Assembly: GCA_010909165.1 (NCBI GenBank)
Contig: MU008187.1
Coordinates: forward strand, 66,247 to 130,246
Direction: 5' to 3'
Source of the DNA: Anthoceros angustus
Taxonomy: Eukaryota; Plantae; Anthocerotophyta
DNA: 64,000 nt
Numbering within the stretch: the first letter of the stretch is position 1; each line of letters starts with the position of its first letter. The translations under genes were made by a program, and so were the position numbers. Below, piece by piece: positions 60,701 to 64,000 of this stretch. A model generated the notes under the pieces. The model did not search any database. It was not told the origin of the DNA and saw only the letters and a list, made by a program, of their open reading frames with translations.

Positions 60701-61374
60701 TGCGAGAAGTGTTGAGTGGATGGTTGGAAGCCTGCGGGCGAGTTGAGGAGAGAGAGAGAGAGGGAGAAGATTGGGTGAAGGAGTGACTAAACAACATGCT
60801 GGCGATGCGAGGTGTGAGAGGGGTTGAGAAGGGAACTAATTGAGAGGCTAGCGTGGAGGTGTGTGAATCCAAAAGAAACCAAACCGGTCTTTTGGGAAGC
60901 GTCAAAGGAAAGTTCCCTTGTAAGTTGTGTGAGTGTGGCGCCTTTGTGTGTGTGTGGAGCGGTGAGGGATTTGTGGTGGTCCCTAGGAATCGGTGTGTGT
61001 GTGCATGAAGTGTGGAGTGCGAATAAAGCCGATCCGTGCAGGCGGGATGGCGAGGATCCAGCGCCCGTGAAATAAGTCGCTAGGGTTTGGGTGTGGGACC
61101 CACCTCGGTGGTCGAGCAACTACCGGTGAGAGCCGTCGTGGAGAGATTTGCGGTCGTGGAATAAGAGCGTGGTGGCTAGACAAGTCGGGGTAGTAGTGGT
61201 TGAGTAGATAGGTAAGGAGAGATAGTAAGTCTTGACTTAGGTGAAGGTCGATGTGATAGAAGTTAGTCTCTTGGCACAAACCATTCCCTTGGGAGGCGAA
61301 TCCTAAGCCTACAAGCGACATTGAGGGTGAATGTGGACCTCACGGTGTCACGGACACTTAATCCACACTCCACA
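57799..61374 (+). repeat. Element P 3' LTR (about 3.58 kb), containing an ORF remnant from 58411
   Basis: TG...CA termini; includes a (GA)n tract, (GT)n tracts and MAPKVTTEIVLAQWPNMDHWKV. Confidence 0.9.
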
Positions 61375-64000
61375 CTGGCAGATCGTCAACCCGGAGGCAT
61401 ATGGTCTTCTTAAGGCCAGGACCATCATGCGTTGAATCAAGCCATCAGGCTGTTGCATGTATAAATGTCTTCCTCAAGTTCTCCGTTACAGAAGGCAAAG
61501 GCACACATCCATTTCAGTAAGTCCCATTGGGCTGACAAGAGCTAGCATCTGATGGCGTGTTTTGACTCTGGTGAAGGTTTTGTGAAGTCCTCCGGGGGAC
61601 TGAGAGGAACCCCAGCAACAAGGCCGAGACTTATAGTGCTATGTCCCCTTGTGCATTAAGTTTGTGCTTGAACACCCACTTGCATTTATTAGCTTTACGT
61701 CCCGCCGGCGGAGGAGAGTTCCCAAGTGTCATTCTTCGTGAGAGATTGATACTCATCGTGAATGGAAGGAAGCCAGCGCTTTATCGCCCCAAAGTGATAG
61801 CTCCTCGATAAGTTTTGGTTCAGCTAACCAAAGAGGGATAGAAGATGAGGATCGATGAGGAGAGACACCCCGCTTGAGGACGCCTCAAGTCAATGGAGGA
61901 ATATGGAGGCTCACCCATCGAGCAGGAGGACGGGCACGGCGATATCTCCTCTCAATCGATGGATGTGGATCGCAGCGAGCTCCTCATCATGCGTGCATCA
62001 CAACCATAGTTGGGGAAAAGTGTATCCGCAACGGAAGTAACAGTATCGTTATATCACAAATCGACTCATCAACATCCCGAACATGGCCCATTGCTTCAAC
62101 TGCACCATCATCAAGGGCCGGAGCAGCTTGAGTGTCATCAATCGCAGTAATGTACAACACTCTGCCCCCAAGGCAAAGATCACCGATGTAGGAGCTGGTG
62201 CTTTAGTTGCACCCAAATCGTATGGCGGAGTAAACACAACCCCGCTACTTCATCTTGAGGAAATTCATGGAATCGCTGTTGGGAGGGTCCATAAAAGTAA
62301 CAGTTCCTGGGTTGGGCGGCAGAGAGTCGTTTGGCTTTGGAGAGAAGCTCCTTGAAAGTGACGCCCTTGCGAAGATAGCCGTATTGGTAAGAGGGTCATG
62401 GAGCTTGTATTTTTGCCTCTTCTCCGTAGCCAACAAATAGTAATGGCTGGCTCGATCTTCCAACTTCCTTCGTTTTTCTCAGGACATATGCATATGGAGA
62501 CCCAAACACGAAGATGAAGCAAGCTTGGTTTCCTACACCATATGACCTCGAAGGAGTCTTTCCTCAACCGCACTTGTCAAGATCCGATTAAGGATGGTAA
62601 CTACGCCTTCCGCCTAATATGCTTTGCTAAGTCCCGACCATTCTAACATACTTCTTGTCATGCCAAGAGTCTGGTTGCGACGTCGCGACACCATTCGCAT
62701 TGAGTATATGGCACAATCAATCAGTAAATACCATTGTCCAAATTGATTGATTGAAGTGGCCATGAGTGAATTCTGTGCCGTTGTCAGGACGAAGGCACTT
62801 CAGAAGGCATCCAGTTTGTCTCTGAATCATAGGTAACCACTCTTTGAAGATGCCAAAAGTGTCAGACTTCAAACGCATCGGTACGTCCAAGAATATCTAC
62901 TATAGTCATCAGTGATGGTGAGATAATATAAGGCACCACCCAAAGATGGGATATGTATCTTGCCAGAAATGTCAGAGTGTACTAATTCTAGGACCTGGGA
63001 GGCACGGTGGAGCTTTTGGAAAAGGAATCTCCTTTTGTTTGGCTACAACGCAAGTATCACATGGGAAGGTCCTTAAAACATTTTGGCGGCTCTCTATAGC
63101 GGGATAAGTTGGACATCTTAATCTTGTCACGATTAGCATGACCTAATCGGCATGCCAAAGATCGGCTTGAGCGCTTGGCCACATGAGCGATTCCTCGTAT
63201 GCATAGTAAGTCTAATTGATATAGATCATGCACAAGATGTCCTTTGCTACGACCGACCTTTCTCCCTCTCTTCTTAAGCTCACAAATGAAGAAGTGAATA
63301 ACAGCCATCGTCAGTAGGGACATCAATCTAGCCAAGCGGTGCTTTGCCATGTGTGGGACGTACAAGACATTATCTAGGTGAAGGATTGAGCCATCATGAA
63401 GACGGAAAGCGAACATTTTAACCTTCAATTTTAAGGCTCAGAAAGCTCATCTCCCAACAACACCTTATCCGAAGGATGGGAGGATTTAAAATGATCGAGG
63501 AGTGTCCTATCATTGCGAGATATGGGAGGTGGCTCAGTCAAGGTACCAAAGATGGGATATGTATCTTGCCAGAAATGTCAGAGTGTACTAATTCTAGGAC
63601 CTGGGAGGCACGGTGAGCAGGAGCTTTTGGAAAAGGAATCTCCTTTTGTTTGGCTACAACGCAAGTATCACACAGTGGAAGGTCCTTAAAACATTTTGGC
63701 AGTGGCTCTCTATAGCAGGATAAGTTGGACATCTTAATCAGTTGGTCACGATTAGCATGACCTAATCATGCCATGCTTGAGGCGGCCGGTGGGCCACATG
63801 AGCAGATTCCTCAGGTATGCATAGTAAGTCGAATTGATATAGATCATGCACAAGATGTCCTTTTGCTACGACCTGACCTTTCTCCCTCTCTTCTTAAGCT
63901 CACGGTGGAAGAAGTGAATAACAGTCGTCGTCGTAGGGACATCAATCGGCTAAGCAAGCGGTGCTTTGCCATGTGTGGGACGTACAAGACATTATCTAGG
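61375..64000 (-). mobile_element. Ty1/copia element, 5' part (GAG-pre-integrase, integrase, RT N-terminus), runs off the window
   Basis: RLGHAN..LCDTCVVAKQKEIPFPKAPAHRASQVLELVHSDISG (integrase start) and MDV..AF.NGELEEDIY..QQPDG (RT). The RT frame joins the 27587 side (..SAR|xWYK). Confidence 0.88.
62935..64000. repeat. 606-bp tandem duplication inside the copia integrase
   Basis: CAAAGATGGGATATGTATCTTGCCAGAAATGTCAGAG at 62941 and 63547; the second copy is truncated by the window end. Confidence 0.88.

Larger units (their letters stand above)
27588..61374 (+). mobile_element. Ty3/gypsy element P (non-chromovirus, Athila/Phygy/Selgy-like), about 13 kb once nested M and B are removed
   Basis: 5' LTR 27588-30202 plus 50913-52010; PBS-like TTTTGGCGC at 52011; gag about 52.4 kb; protease LDSG..VNIMTE about 54.52 kb; RT KLNKVTKKDHYPLPFID and FMEVFLDDF 55.5-55.9 kb; RNase H YTTTE..ALGMV about 56.3 kb; integrase FEKWGIDFVGPI about 57.0 kb; PPT; 3' LTR 57799-61374. 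It splits the copia RT; the TSD is not exact. Confidence 0.9.

Noticed and set aside
27848-61321. Hundreds of short overlapping ORFs in the track
   Set aside because: They are alternative-frame products of GC-rich, frameshifted retroelement sequence; only motif-bearing ones were used.
36445-61374. Dating insertions from LTR-pair divergence
   Set aside because: Differences are dominated by small indels that are probably sequencing error, so any age would be unreliable.

Overview
Land-plant nuclear DNA, most likely from a seed-free plant (fern or lycophyte), judged from the PPR style, short GT-AG introns and retroelement lineage. Many single-base homopolymer indels and one N suggest an unpolished long-read consensus, so frameshifts and LTR divergence must be read cautiously. 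Layout: (1) 0.4-5.7 kb holds decayed gene fragments (GCR1-like 7TM, delta-COP, PLS-PPR). (2) 6.7-17.7 kb is an unclassified transposon-like block. It has a Ulp1-like peptidase remnant and an ORF with the HxD..H..RxS signature of TET/JBP-type 2OG-Fe(II) dioxygenases, and is interrupted by a 3.8-kb solo LTR with a perfect ATGTT target-site duplication. (3) 18.6-24.3 kb is a multi-exon CBE1-like (eIF4E-partner) gene with a fold-back element upstream. (4) 26.4-64 kb is a four-tier retrotransposon nest: a Ty1/copia is split by Ty3/gypsy element P; P's 5' LTR is split by an inverted same-family element M; M's RT is split by a non-autonomous element B. Top leads, all needing computational confirmation: the candidate transposon-borne TET/JBP-like enzyme, a protein ORF conserved inside the LTRs of three gypsy families, and an internal duplicate polypurine tract retained even by the pol-less element.
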